In this document: piece by piece, positions 50,803 through 60,117 of the stretch | Numbering within the stretch: the stretch's first letter is position 1 | Layout of the letters: the number at the start of each line of letters is the position of its first letter | Assembly (NCBI RefSeq): GCF_016903815.1 | Contig: NZ_CP069973.1 | Reading direction: 5' to 3' (one strand) | DNA: 64,000 nucleotides | DNA from: Escherichia coli | Lineage (GTDB): Bacteria; Pseudomonadota; Gammaproteobacteria; Enterobacterales; Enterobacteriaceae | The notes under the pieces: generated by a model | Seen by the model: only the letters and a program-made list of their open reading frames with translations | Database searches by the model: none | What the model was told of the DNA's origin: nothing | Translations under genes and position numbers: made by a program

Positions 50803-51814
50803 AAAGGTGAAAACCGGCAGTTCATCCAGTAAGTCTGTATTGACCTGGCTTGCTGATATGTGCGGTGCCGATTTGTGTGCATACCCGTCTGTATCTGCAC
50901 TGGCAGAAGTAACGGAACTGAACAAAAAGACTGTGCAGGACAGCTTACGACACCTGATGGAGATTGGGTTAATTGTTGATACCGGTGAGAGAAAAGGCAG
51001 AACAAAGCAAATTGTGGTGTACCGACTTATCGGTGTAGAAGAAAGTGTTGCCGAGCCTGAATACACCCAAAAACGGGAGTCTTTAAAGGTGGGTAAAATT
51101 GGTGCTGTTAATAAAAACAGTACCGAAAATGGTTATGTTTCAGCACAAAACAGACCCAAAAACGGAACTCTTAGCTGCATGGAAAATAACCAAAGACACC
51201 CAAATTTTCCATCAAAGACACCCAAAAACGGATCACGGAACCCAAAGGAACCCAAAGATCTAAACCCCACACATAACGCACGCGAGAGTGCTCCGACCAG
51301 TGAGCAGGAAGTTTTGTCGTTACAGGCAGCACCCCTTGTATTCCTGGATGGCCTGAGCGAACCCATCGGAAAATTTCCGATGACCGATAGCTGGTATCCG
51401 TCACGGGATTTTCGACGACGGGCTGCGTTGTGGGGGATGGCTTTGCCGGAGACAGAATTTACACCTGCTGAACTTGCCGCCTTCCGGGACTACTGGGCAG
51501 CGGAGGGGAAAGTGTTTACGCAGATTCAGTGGGAGCAGAAATTCGCCCGTCACGTAAATCACGTCAGGGCGCAGGTTAAACCAGTCAGCAAGGGGGTAAA
51601 CCATGCAGCAGCACCAGGTGGCACCGCATCACGGGCAGTTCAGGAAATTCGGGCAGCACGTGAGCAGTGGGAACGTGAAAACGGATTTATCAGCGACGGA
51701 AACGGTCTGGAAGCTGTGGGAACTCATGGGGGAGGTTTATTCGAACCGCTGGACCCAGAAGAACGGGGCCGCACCTTCGAAGCTCTGGATTGCACAGATT
51801 GGCGCGATGACTGA
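50774..51814 (+). CDS. Replication initiation protein (O-like; N-terminal HTH, DnaT-like C-terminal region)
   Basis: Start at ATG 50774 (MSIDALRWAKKV) with RBS; C-terminal YWAAEGKVFTQIQWEQKFARHVN resembles DnaT-type domain. Confidence 0.6.
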   Translation: MSIDALRWAKKVKTGSSSSKSVLTWLADMCGADLCAYPSVSALAEVTELNKKTVQDSLRHLMEIGLIVDTGERKGRTKQIVVYRLIGVEESVAEPEYTQKRESLKVGKIGAVNKNSTENGYVSAQNRPKNGTLSCMENNQRHPNFPSKTPKNGSRNPKEPKDLNPTHNARESAPTSEQEVLSLQAAPLVFLDGLSEPIGKFPMTDSWYPSRDFRRRAALWGMALPETEFTPAELAAFRDYWAAEGKVFTQIQWEQKFARHVNHVRAQVKPVSKGVNHAAAPGGTASRAVQEIRAAREQWERENGFISDGNGLEAVGTHGGGLFEPLDPEERGRTFEALDCTDWRDD

Positions 51815-52268
51815 GCAGCAAATCCGACAGGTCTGCCGCCAGTGCATGGACCGCTGCCGGGCGGGTGAAACATGGCCTCCGGACCTGGCTGAGTTTGTGG
51901 CGCTGATTTCAGAAAGCGGGGCCAATCCATTTGGCCTGACGGTGGATGCTGTGATGGAGGAGTACCGCCGCTGGCGTGATGAGTCCTGGCGATATGACGG
52001 AAGCGACAAATATCCGTGGCCTCAGCCTGTGCTGTACCACATCTGCCTCGAAATGCGTACCAGAGGGATTGAGCGCCAGATGACGCAGGGTGAGTTAAAA
52101 CGACTTGCAGAACGGCAACTGACGAAATGGGCAAAGCATGTTGGTAACGGGATGAGTGTTCCGCCAGTGCGACGACAACTGGAAGGGGCGAAACACCCGC
52201 AAGGGCCAACGCCAATTGAACGGCTGAAACAGGAATACGAACGCCGGAAGGCAGCTGGTTTTATTTGA
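51603..52268 (+). CDS. Lambda P-like replication protein (helicase loader family)
   Basis: LPPDLAEFVALI...VMEEYRRWRDESWRYDGSDKYPWP parallels lambda P (LPNVSELVDMVYEYCRKRGLYPDAESYPWK); start ambiguous because of the 212-nt overlap with the O-like gene. Confidence 0.55.
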   Translation: MQQHQVAPHHGQFRKFGQHVSSGNVKTDLSATETVWKLWELMGEVYSNRWTQKNGAAPSKLWIAQIGAMTEQQIRQVCRQCMDRCRAGETWPPDLAEFVALISESGANPFGLTVDAVMEEYRRWRDESWRYDGSDKYPWPQPVLYHICLEMRTRGIERQMTQGELKRLAERQLTKWAKHVGNGMSVPPVRRQLEGAKHPQGPTPIERLKQEYERRKAAGFI

Positions 52269-52283
52269 ATCTGAGAAACGATT

Positions 52284-53072
52284 TTGTCGGAGGAAATTTT
52301 AATGGAAACCGTATTTGACGCACTGAAAGCAATGGGAAAAGCCACATCGGTAGAACTGGCCGCGCGACTTGATATCAGTCGTGAAGAGGTTCTCAACGAG
52401 CTGTGGGAACTCAAAAGAAATGGCGTCGTTGATAAAACTGGTCACACCTGGTTTCTGGCTGGCGAAGGTGAATCCCGGGTAACCGAAGAGCGGCCAGTAA
52501 AATCTGAAGCACAGGATATGCTGACCGGGGAGGTCGAACAAAAAGTTACCGCAGACATGATGATTGAGTTTATCGGTCAGGATGGTGCTAAAACGTGTGA
52601 GGAACTGGCGGGTAAGTTCGGCGTCAGTACTCGCAAGGTTGCCTCCACGCTGGCGGTGGTAACCGCAACGGGGCGGCTGGCACGCGTTAATCAGAACGGT
52701 AAATTTCGTTACTGCATGCCGGGCGATAATTTACCAGCAGAGCCGAAAGCCGCGCTGGTAACGGAAAGTGATGGTAAGGCCTTTCCTCAGCCAGCAGGTG
52801 CTGCGTTACCAGTCCGGGAAGCCGCAACACAGGAAGAAATTAAAACAGAAACTGTGGCGGACATTGTGCAGCCGTTGCCATCGTTTACCGAAACGCAAGC
52901 AGATGAGCTGATTTTTCCGTCCCTTCGCAGGGCAAACCTGGCGCTGCGCAGGGCGAAAAGTGATGTTCAGAAGTGGGAGCGAGTCTGCGCCGCGCTGCGG
53001 GAGCTGAACAAGCACCGGGATATTGTTCGACAGATTAGTGATTCTTCCCGCCGTGTTGTATCGGAAAAGTGA
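52284..53072 (+). CDS. Hypothetical phage protein with two winged-helix-like segments
   Basis: 262-aa ORF; repeated [15 protein letters not shown] and [19 protein letters not shown]-like segments. Confidence 0.5.
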   Translation: MSEEILMETVFDALKAMGKATSVELAARLDISREEVLNELWELKRNGVVDKTGHTWFLAGEGESRVTEERPVKSEAQDMLTGEVEQKVTADMMIEFIGQDGAKTCEELAGKFGVSTRKVASTLAVVTATGRLARVNQNGKFRYCMPGDNLPAEPKAALVTESDGKAFPQPAGAALPVREAATQEEIKTETVADIVQPLPSFTETQADELIFPSLRRANLALRRAKSDVQKWERVCAALRELNKHRDIVRQISDSSRRVVSEK

Positions 53073-53087
53073 TTGCCGGAGGCGCTT

Positions 53088-53480
53088 ATGGCAAAAGTAT
53101 TTACACCAGAAGAGCGGGAAGAAGTGAAGGCGCGCATTGTGGAATTCGTGCGCCTGAGCGGACGAGAAACTTTTCGACAACTGGCAGATAAAACGGGTGT
53201 CAGTAAGACCGCTATTCGTCGTTTATCTGGTGCGCTTGCGGCCAGTGGTGATGTCTGGCTCTCTGGTTGCGGGGTATTTCCATCAGAGCAGGCGTATCGC
53301 GTATGGCGTAAGACACCGGAGAAGGCTGCTGACCCGACACTGATTCGAAAGTTACCTGACGGAGAAATACGTCGTTACAACAGACGGCAGAACATAATTT
53401 GTCGTGAGTGCCGCCAGAGCGAAGTCATGCAGCGTGTGCTGGCGTTCTATCGGGGAAACTTTCAGGAGGTGATGGAGTGA
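53088..53480 (+). CDS. Hypothetical HTH protein
   Basis: ATG 53088 preceded by ggagg; FRQLADKTGVSKTAIRRL HTH-like. Confidence 0.5.
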   Translation: MAKVFTPEEREEVKARIVEFVRLSGRETFRQLADKTGVSKTAIRRLSGALAASGDVWLSGCGVFPSEQAYRVWRKTPEKAADPTLIRKLPDGEIRRYNRRQNIICRECRQSEVMQRVLAFYRGNFQEVME

Positions 53481-53482
53481 GG

Positions 53483-53773
53483 GTGAGAGTTTATATTGCC
53501 GGTCCAATGACGGGATATGAAAATTTCAACCGTGAGGCGTTTCACAAGGCGGAAGAGGAACTGAAACGGGAAGGGCATACCGTCTTAAACCCGGCAGTAC
53601 TTCCGGACGGGCTGACACAGCCGCACTACATGGATATTTGCATGGCAATGATTCGTTGTGTGGATGCGATTTACATGCTGAATGGCTGGCAGCGGTCAGC
53701 GGGCGCTAAGGCAGAGCTGGCACTGGCGGAGAAACTGGGGCATGCGGTGATTTATCAGGAGGTGGCTCAATGA
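53483..53773 (+). CDS. DUF4406-like (nucleoside 2-deoxyribosyltransferase-like) protein
   Basis: GTG start after ggag; VRVYIAGPMTGYENFN...DAIYMLNGWQRSAGAKAELALA pattern. Confidence 0.55.
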   Translation: MRVYIAGPMTGYENFNREAFHKAEEELKREGHTVLNPAVLPDGLTQPHYMDICMAMIRCVDAIYMLNGWQRSAGAKAELALAEKLGHAVIYQEVAQ

Positions 53774-54231
53774 GAGAGGTTAACTATGAGGCGCTTCGTG
53801 AGGCAGCACAAAACTATCAGTCGACGCTGGCGTGGTATCAGGCTATCCCGGACAGCCCAAATGCTGAACGGGATTGTGATGCGGCTCTTGCTGCGTTTAA
53901 GCGTCACATCCGTCATCGGGAAGCGGATATTATCGCTGATTTGCTGGATGGACTGGAAGAAGCAAAATCACAACTCAACGAGCAGCGTGAGTATTACGAA
54001 GGCGTTATCTCTGATGGGAGTAAGCGTATTGCTGAACTGGAAGCGCGGGAAGTTCAATTACCGACTCGCTACGACCTTCGATATGGACACCCGATAAATG
54101 CAGATGAGCGACATGTCATGATACCTAAAGAAAATGGCAGTTGGCTTTACCTGATTGACCTAGAACACGCATTACGCGTCGCTGGCATTCGCATCAAAGG
54201 AGAGGAGCATGGAAATAAAACCAGAGGATGA
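53770..54231 (+). CDS. Hypothetical phage protein
   Basis: 153-aa ORF, overlapping stop/start with neighbours. Confidence 0.45.
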   Translation: MREVNYEALREAAQNYQSTLAWYQAIPDSPNAERDCDAALAAFKRHIRHREADIIADLLDGLEEAKSQLNEQREYYEGVISDGSKRIAELEAREVQLPTRYDLRYGHPINADERHVMIPKENGSWLYLIDLEHALRVAGIRIKGEEHGNKTRG

Positions 54232-54565
54232 GTTAAGCAATATCGTTTTATTTCCGGTAAAAGAGGATGACCCTCGTAATCAGGTTAATTTTCTTTATGA
54301 GTCATCGGAAAGACCATATTGTCATCACGCCTCTGTTCGGGTTGACGAAAAAGAGCGTCAGGTCCGCTGTAAAATCTGCGGTGCAGTTGTGGAGCCGTTT
54401 GACTGGATGCTCTCTGTGGCGAAAAGAGAAACCAGACTGGCAGATGATGTAAGGCTATTGCGCCAGGAGGAACAGGAAAGGCGGAAAAATATAGAAAAGT
54501 TAATTCAGATTGAGCGTAACGCGAAAGCGCGGATATGCAGGGCGACAAAATCCAGAACTGAATAA
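54209..54565 (+). CDS. Hypothetical zinc-ribbon-like protein
   Basis: 118-aa ORF with CHH...CKICG pattern. Confidence 0.4.
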   Translation: MEIKPEDELSNIVLFPVKEDDPRNQVNFLYESSERPYCHHASVRVDEKERQVRCKICGAVVEPFDWMLSVAKRETRLADDVRLLRQEEQERRKNIEKLIQIERNAKARICRATKSRTE

Positions 54566-54660
54566 TTAAATTTAGCACTGTTAAAAATTTTATCCTTAAC
54601 CGGAGGGATTTCTGCACCCTCAGAACATCAGGAGGCCGCCCGAAAGGGCGGTAATGAAAA

Positions 54661-55068
54661 ATGACTGAATTAACAAAAGAGCAATTAATCGAAGAAGCCA
54701 AATTAAAAATAGCGATTGCGAAATGCCACACGAATTCAGGGATGGCACGGGTAGAGGGTGAGTTATTCAAAATTGCACTGGCATCGCTAGAAGCGGAACC
54801 GATAGCGTGGAAATGCGGCGAAAACATAATCCTGTTTAATCCTGACACAGTTGAAGCATACGCAAAACGTGCGGAGATATCACCTAAACCACTATTCGCA
54901 GCTCCACCTGTGCCGGTTGTGTCTGAAGGACTGGTTAAAGCCGTGCGCTTCTATGAAAAGGTTAAGCGTGAAAATCCGCCAGTCGAAACCGGAGCATGGA
55001 AAGACGCTGTTGACTGGGTGCTCAAAGAGGCCTGCCAGGTTGTAAACACTGGCATCAAAGGAGACTGA
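54661..55068 (+). CDS. Hypothetical phage protein (shares N-terminal module with the 328-aa protein)
   Basis: 135-aa ORF; AAPPVPVVSE linker motif. Confidence 0.5.
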   Translation: MTELTKEQLIEEAKLKIAIAKCHTNSGMARVEGELFKIALASLEAEPIAWKCGENIILFNPDTVEAYAKRAEISPKPLFAAPPVPVVSEGLVKAVRFYEKVKRENPPVETGAWKDAVDWVLKEACQVVNTGIKGD

Positions 55069-55069
55069 T

Positions 55070-55435
55070 ATGGCACTGACGAAAAAACAACGTGCAGAAT
55101 TGCGCATGAAGTTTGGCGGTCGCTGTGCTTATTGCGGCTGTGAACTTGGCGAAAAGTGGCATGCAGACCATGTAAAACCGGTCATTCGTTTTAATGGAAA
55201 TATGCTTCACCAGGAACGTGACGATATATCCAACATGGTTCCGGCATGCCACCCATGCAATCTGCACAAGCATTGCAGTAGCCTGGAAGACTATCGGCGA
55301 ATTATCAGTGATGGTCGTCGTGAATTCCTTGCGTCCGGGAAAGGCAAAGCGCTGGTTCGTATGGGATTGGTTGAAATGAAATCTGACCCGGTTGTGTTCT
55401 GGTTTGAAAAATATCAAGAAGGGGCTACAGCATGA
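55070..55435 (+). CDS. HNH endonuclease
   Basis: 121 aa; CAYCGC...HADHVKP...N...CHPCNLHKH HNH motif. Confidence 0.8.
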   Translation: MALTKKQRAELRMKFGGRCAYCGCELGEKWHADHVKPVIRFNGNMLHQERDDISNMVPACHPCNLHKHCSSLEDYRRIISDGRREFLASGKGKALVRMGLVEMKSDPVVFWFEKYQEGATA

Positions 55436-56418
55436 CCACTATTACCAATAAGAAACAGTATCCCAGCGAGCAATATCTTAATGAGCTTATCACCAACATA
55501 GAGTTTGCTGCAAGGGCACCAGTTGAAGTCGTGAGCGCAATGGCAGCAGAGCTACAGAAGCGGCGCGAAGCTGATAGCGCAGAACCAGTTGCTTATATTT
55601 TCAAACATCCGGCCGGGAAATTATTCTGGGCTTTAACGGATGAAAGCAATAAAGAGCAAGCGGACGTTATTCCTGTTTATGCCGCCCCTCCAGTGCCAGT
55701 AGTATCTGAAGAAAAACCAATGCCTAACCCTCTTAAAATGTACGCGGTCGATGATGTTGCCGCTATTGCAGAGGTGAGAGGCTGGAATGCCTACCGCGCC
55801 GCCATGCTTCAGAGTCAGGGGGAAGGCAACCCTCATGTAACCCCGGCTCGCCTGCCTGGTGGTTTCACCATTGAGGATGCGAAGGTGTTACATGAAGACC
55901 TTGTACGTAGCCACATAAGCCAGGCTTTAAGTGGCGAAAAGATGAAAAAGAAAGATCGCGATGCTGATTTGCGCTGGATTCATGGCGTAATAGTTCAGGC
56001 CGCGTGGTTTGTAAAGGCATCACTGGAGCAGAATGCACTATCGGGCAACTCTCCGGTAATTCCTGGTGAGGTGTTGTCCGCAATCCGGGAGGTTGCCAGG
56101 ATTCGCGCCGATTTCGATGATTTTGACGGTGACAGGCGAGGTATCGGTGATTGTCTGGATGAGGCCGAGCAAGAGCTTATCGTTACCATTAACAAATATG
56201 CCAGTCAGTTGGCAGTAGAGCCGGTAGTACCTGATGACGTTCTGGAACAGACAGTAGCGTCGCCAGCGCTAGGTAACCAGGTTAGCGAATTAACAATGTG
56301 GGTTAAACGACTGGTCAGTCAACTGAAAAAAGCTCAGCCGGACTGCAAATTACCGGAGAAGGCGATGGATTACCTGAAACGAAATGGACTGATAAGCGTG
56401 GAGGATGTTTTACGATGA
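55432..56418 (+). CDS. Hypothetical phage protein
   Basis: 328-aa ORF; AAPPVPVVSE motif after an N-terminal module paralogous to 54661-55068. Confidence 0.5.
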   Translation: MTTITNKKQYPSEQYLNELITNIEFAARAPVEVVSAMAAELQKRREADSAEPVAYIFKHPAGKLFWALTDESNKEQADVIPVYAAPPVPVVSEEKPMPNPLKMYAVDDVAAIAEVRGWNAYRAAMLQSQGEGNPHVTPARLPGGFTIEDAKVLHEDLVRSHISQALSGEKMKKKDRDADLRWIHGVIVQAAWFVKASLEQNALSGNSPVIPGEVLSAIREVARIRADFDDFDGDRRGIGDCLDEAEQELIVTINKYASQLAVEPVVPDDVLEQTVASPALGNQVSELTMWVKRLVSQLKKAQPDCKLPEKAMDYLKRNGLISVEDVLR

Positions 56419-56538
56419 ATATTTAGACTAAAGAGTTTGTAACGCTATGTAAGTGATTTTTTCTGGTTTAGATATTTATATGTCCGGCCAAATTGAGGTG
56501 TGTTTAAATGTTATTGCACATTGATTGTAGGGGGAATA

Positions 56539-56718
56539 ATGAAAAACGCATTGCAGTTTTTGTTTGTTGCGTTCTGGTTGTTCGCATCATGTATGCCCAT
56601 CATCTTCACAGCAAGGTATATGGAAAAAATTGATGTTTTGATATTAATGTTTGGACATATAAATGCCCTTTTTTTAGGGGTGTTCATGGCGGTCATGTGC
56701 ATTGAATACTGGCGGTAA
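56539..56718 (+). CDS. Putative small membrane protein
   Basis: 59 aa from ATG 56539 with RBS aggggg; two hydrophobic segments; AT-rich context. Confidence 0.3.
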   Translation: MKNALQFLFVAFWLFASCMPIIFTARYMEKIDVLILMFGHINALFLGVFMAVMCIEYWR

Positions 56719-56799
56719 ATACAGCGAACGCCATTGGTTTAGTTGGATATTTACTGTGCCGGACAAAAACGGTTTGCGGGGAAATCTTAGTTAAGTAGA

Positions 56800-56976
56800 A
56801 TAACTGCGGGTGCTTGAGGCTATCTGTCTCAGGCATGAACACCAAAAGGCAGATAGAGAAAAGCCCCAGTTAACATTACGCGTCCTGCAAGACGCTTAAC
56901 ATTAATCTGAGGCCATATCTATGCGACACATAGAGATTAGCCTCTTACGGACCGAAAGGTCAAGGAGAAGCAGGCT
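56800..56976. promoter_or_regulatory. hok mRNA leader with mok-like upstream ORF and expected antisense Sok region
   Basis: 19-codon upstream ORF (ATG 56921) whose TGA overlaps the hok ATG; hairpin gcgtcctgcaagacgc; Sok position inferred, not observed. Confidence 0.35.
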
Positions 56977-57132
56977 ATGAAGCAGCAAAAGGCGATGTTA
57001 ATCGCCCTGATCGTCATCTGTTTAACCGTCATAGTGACGGCACTGGTAACGAGGAAAGACCTCTGCGAGGTACGAATCCGAACCGGCCAGACGGAGGTCG
57101 CTGTCTTCACAGCTTACGAACCTGAGGAGTAA
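56977..57132 (+). CDS. hok: Hok/Gef-family type I toxin
   Basis: Hand translation MKQQKAMLIALIVICLTVIVTALVTRKDLCEVRIRTGQTEVAVFTAYEPEE (51 aa), essentially the HokD/RelF sequence as recalled. Confidence 0.85.
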   Translation: MKQQKAMLIALIVICLTVIVTALVTRKDLCEVRIRTGQTEVAVFTAYEPEE

Positions 57133-57200
57133 GAGACCAGGCGAGGGAGAAATCCCTCGCCACCTCTGATGTGGCAGGCATCCTCAACGCACCCGCACTT

Positions 57201-57229
57201 AACCCGCTTCGGCGGGTTTTTGTTTTTAT
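57201..57229 (+). terminator. Rho-independent terminator after hok
   Basis: aacccgcttcggcgggtttttgtttttat. Confidence 0.75.
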
Positions 57230-57348
57230 TTTCAACGCATTTGAAGTTCTGGACGGTGCCGGAATAGAATCAAAAATACTTAAGTAGCGCGCAGGGATAA
57301 GAGGGATGGTCCCTTAAAGGGGAGAGCTAATTATCCGGAAGGATTCTG

Positions 57349-57600
57349 ATGATGAACATCGAAGAACTGCGTAAAATTTTTTGTGAAGATGGCCTCTATG
57401 CTGTGTGCGTTGAAAATGGAAATATTGTTAGCCATTACCGCATTGTGTGTTTGCAAAAAAATGGGGCTGCGTTAATTAATTTTGTGGATGCCCGAGTGAC
57501 GGACGGATTTATCTTGCACGACGGTGAGTTTGTCACTTCATTACAGGCATTGAAAGAGATCGGAATAAAAGCTGGCTTTTCTGCTTTTTCAGAAGAATAA
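57349..57600 (+). CDS. Hypothetical phage protein
   Basis: 83-aa ORF. Confidence 0.4.
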   Translation: MMNIEELRKIFCEDGLYAVCVENGNIVSHYRIVCLQKNGAALINFVDARVTDGFILHDGEFVTSLQALKEIGIKAGFSAFSEE

Positions 57601-57666
57601 ACTCATCTACAATCTTGCGCGGGGCTGAACTCCCGCTGAGTAACACCGTGCCACCGGAGAAAACCG

Positions 57667-57945
57667 ATGGCACGCAACGCAAAATATTACAATCATGATA
57701 ATTCGACCGTTCTTGCCCACACGCACGAGCGGTATTCTCATGCATTTAAGTCAGACTGGTACCAGCATCCCCCATGCACTGAAGAACAGGCCGAGTGGCT
57801 AATTCAGTGCTACCGCAGACACGGATACGAGATTAAGAAAGCCCTCAGCCTCGATTATCGTCACTGGATAATCTCCGTCAGGCTCCCTTACTCCGAACGG
57901 CCACCGCGTCCGTCCCGCACATTCCAGCAACGCATCTGGAGGTAA
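57667..57945 (+). CDS. Hypothetical phage protein
   Basis: 92-aa ORF abutting the DUF968 gene. Confidence 0.4.
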   Translation: MARNAKYYNHDNSTVLAHTHERYSHAFKSDWYQHPPCTEEQAEWLIQCYRRHGYEIKKALSLDYRHWIISVRLPYSERPPRPSRTFQQRIWR

Positions 57946-57946
57946 C

Positions 57947-59005
57947 GTGCGGGTATTACTTCGACCTGTTCTGGTACCGGAACTTGGGCTGGTGGTGCTA
58001 AAACCGGGCCGTGAATCCATGCCGGTATTCCACAATACCCGGGTACTGGTGGAGCCGGAACCGAAAAGCATGCGTAATCTGTCGTCCGGGGTCGTTCCTG
58101 CCGTTCGCCAGCCGCTGGCGGAGGATAAATCATTACTGCCATTTTTCAGCGACGAACGAGTGATTCGTGCTGCTGGTGGCGCTGGCGCATTGTCTGACTG
58201 GTTACTGCGCCATGTTAAATCCTGCCAGTGGCCACACGGCGATTATCACCACAGTGAAACCGTCATTCACCGTTATGGTACCGGCGCAATGGTGTTGTGC
58301 TGGCACTGCGACAACCAGCTGCGCGACCAGACCTCCGAATCACTCGGGCAACTTGCTCACCAAAACCTGTCTGCATGGATGATTGACGTCATACGCCATG
58401 CAATGAATGGCTCGCAGGAACGGGAATTATCGCTGGCTGAATTATCCTGGTGGGCGGTCCGCAATCAGGTGGCGGACGCGCTACCGGAAGCGGTATTACG
58501 TCGTTCGCTGGGGTTGCGTGCGGAAAAAATCCGCTCAATGTACCGTGAAAGCGACATCGTACCGGGAGAGCAGACCGCCACCAGCATACTGAAACAGCGC
58601 ACAAAAAATCTTGCGCCGCTGCCTCACGCCCACCAGCAACAGAACCCACCACAGGAAAAGACGGTGGTCAGCATTGCCGTTGATCCGGAATCTCCGGCTC
58701 AGTATCTCCAGCGCCAGAAACCACAACGGGAAGAGATGCCTGTATACACGCGCTGGGTAAAAACGCAGAAATGCATGACGTGTGGCAATCAGGCAGATGA
58801 TCCGCATCACATCATTGGTCATGGACTGGGAGGGATGGGAACAAAGGCTGACGATTTGTTTGTTATTCCGCTGTGTCGTAAATGCCATAACGAACTACAC
58901 GCCGGGGTAAAAGATTTTGAAGAAAAACACGGTAGTCAGTTGTTGTTGCTGATTCGTTTTTTAATGCACGCGAGAAATTCGGGTGTTCTGAAGTGGAAAG
59001 CATAA
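57947..59005 (+). CDS. DUF968-family phage protein
   Basis: C-terminal Cys/His cluster CMTCGNQADDPHHIIGHG...PLCRKCHNELH; position before rusA/Q as in Qin (ydfU); true start may be an internal Met. Confidence 0.6.
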   Translation: MRVLLRPVLVPELGLVVLKPGRESMPVFHNTRVLVEPEPKSMRNLSSGVVPAVRQPLAEDKSLLPFFSDERVIRAAGGAGALSDWLLRHVKSCQWPHGDYHHSETVIHRYGTGAMVLCWHCDNQLRDQTSESLGQLAHQNLSAWMIDVIRHAMNGSQERELSLAELSWWAVRNQVADALPEAVLRRSLGLRAEKIRSMYRESDIVPGEQTATSILKQRTKNLAPLPHAHQQQNPPQEKTVVSIAVDPESPAQYLQRQKPQREEMPVYTRWVKTQKCMTCGNQADDPHHIIGHGLGGMGTKADDLFVIPLCRKCHNELHAGVKDFEEKHGSQLLLLIRFLMHARNSGVLKWKA

Positions 59006-59374
59006 ATGACCGAACGCATAGAATTTGTTTTGCCTTACTCGCCGACGGTGAACACTTACTGGCGACGCCGTGGCAGCACATATTTTGTATCAAAAGCCGG
59101 GGAGCGTTATCGCCGGGCAGTGGCGCTTATTGTTCGCCAGCAGCGACTGAAATTAAGCCTGTCCGGACGGCTGGCAATAAAAATTATTGCAGAGCCACCG
59201 GATAAGCGTCGTCGTGACCTGGACAATATTCTGAAAGCACCACTGGATGCGCTGACGCACGCGGGGTTGTTAATGGACGATGAGCAGTTTGATGAAATCA
59301 ATATTGTACGTGGCCAGCCAGTATCTGGTGGACGGCTGGAGATAAGAATTACAGAGGTGGGTGTGCATGAATAA
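59006..59374 (+). CDS. rusA: Holliday-junction resolvase RusA
   Basis: 122 aa; PDKRRRDLDNILKAPLDALTHAG and GGRLEIRITEVG match RusA. Confidence 0.88.
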   Translation: MTERIEFVLPYSPTVNTYWRRRGSTYFVSKAGERYRRAVALIVRQQRLKLSLSGRLAIKIIAEPPDKRRRDLDNILKAPLDALTHAGLLMDDEQFDEINIVRGQPVSGGRLEIRITEVGVHE

Positions 59375-60056
59375 CCAGTATTTACAGTTTGTTCGTGAGC
59401 AACTCATGATTGCCACTGCAGATCTCAGTGGGTCGACAAAATGCCAGCTGGAAGCCTGGCAGGAAAATGCCCTGTTCGATACAGGGCGTTACAGACGCAA
59501 AAAAATTCGTTACCGCGATGAGGTAACCGGAAAAATGATCACGCGGGATAATCCCCCGATCCAGGGTAAACAATCACTGGCGAAAGGCTCATCAATTGCG
59601 CTGGTCAGTCCTGTTGAGTTTGCAACATCATCGTGGCGGCGTGCTGTTCTGGAACTGGAAGAACATCAGAAGGCGTGGTTGTTGTGGTGTTATGGCGGAA
59701 ACATTTGCTGGGAGCATCAGATCGCGATAACGCAGTGGGGGTGGAGTGAATTTAAAACTCAGTCCGGCTCCAGAAAAATTGCAGTGAAAACGCTGGAGCG
59801 TGTGAAGAAGTTGATCTGGCTGGCGGCACAGGATGTCAGAGGATGGGTTACCGGGTGTGAGGTCTACCAGAGACAGGAGCTTGCCAGACTGTGTGGAGTT
59901 AAGCCTGATAACTGGAGCCATAATTATGCGAACTACTGGCGTGAGATGTGCGATATTTTTAAGCGCCTCGATAGAGAATCCTTGATTTGCTCCGTGAAAA
60001 TAAGAGCGCAACAAAAAGCGACCTTTTCACGACGAGATATTGCAAAAGTCAATTAA
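59367..60056 (+). CDS. Putative late-gene antiterminator (Q-like)
   Basis: 229 aa, overlapping rusA stop, directly upstream of a tR'-like terminator and the lysis genes; assigned by position. Confidence 0.5.
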   Translation: MNNQYLQFVREQLMIATADLSGSTKCQLEAWQENALFDTGRYRRKKIRYRDEVTGKMITRDNPPIQGKQSLAKGSSIALVSPVEFATSSWRRAVLELEEHQKAWLLWCYGGNICWEHQIAITQWGWSEFKTQSGSRKIAVKTLERVKKLIWLAAQDVRGWVTGCEVYQRQELARLCGVKPDNWSHNYANYWREMCDIFKRLDRESLICSVKIRAQQKATFSRRDIAKVN

Positions 60057-60117
60057 ATCGCGTATGTTTCGTATAAATCTGATATTTTGCCGATTTTGTA
60101 CGTGATGGCAAAGTAAG

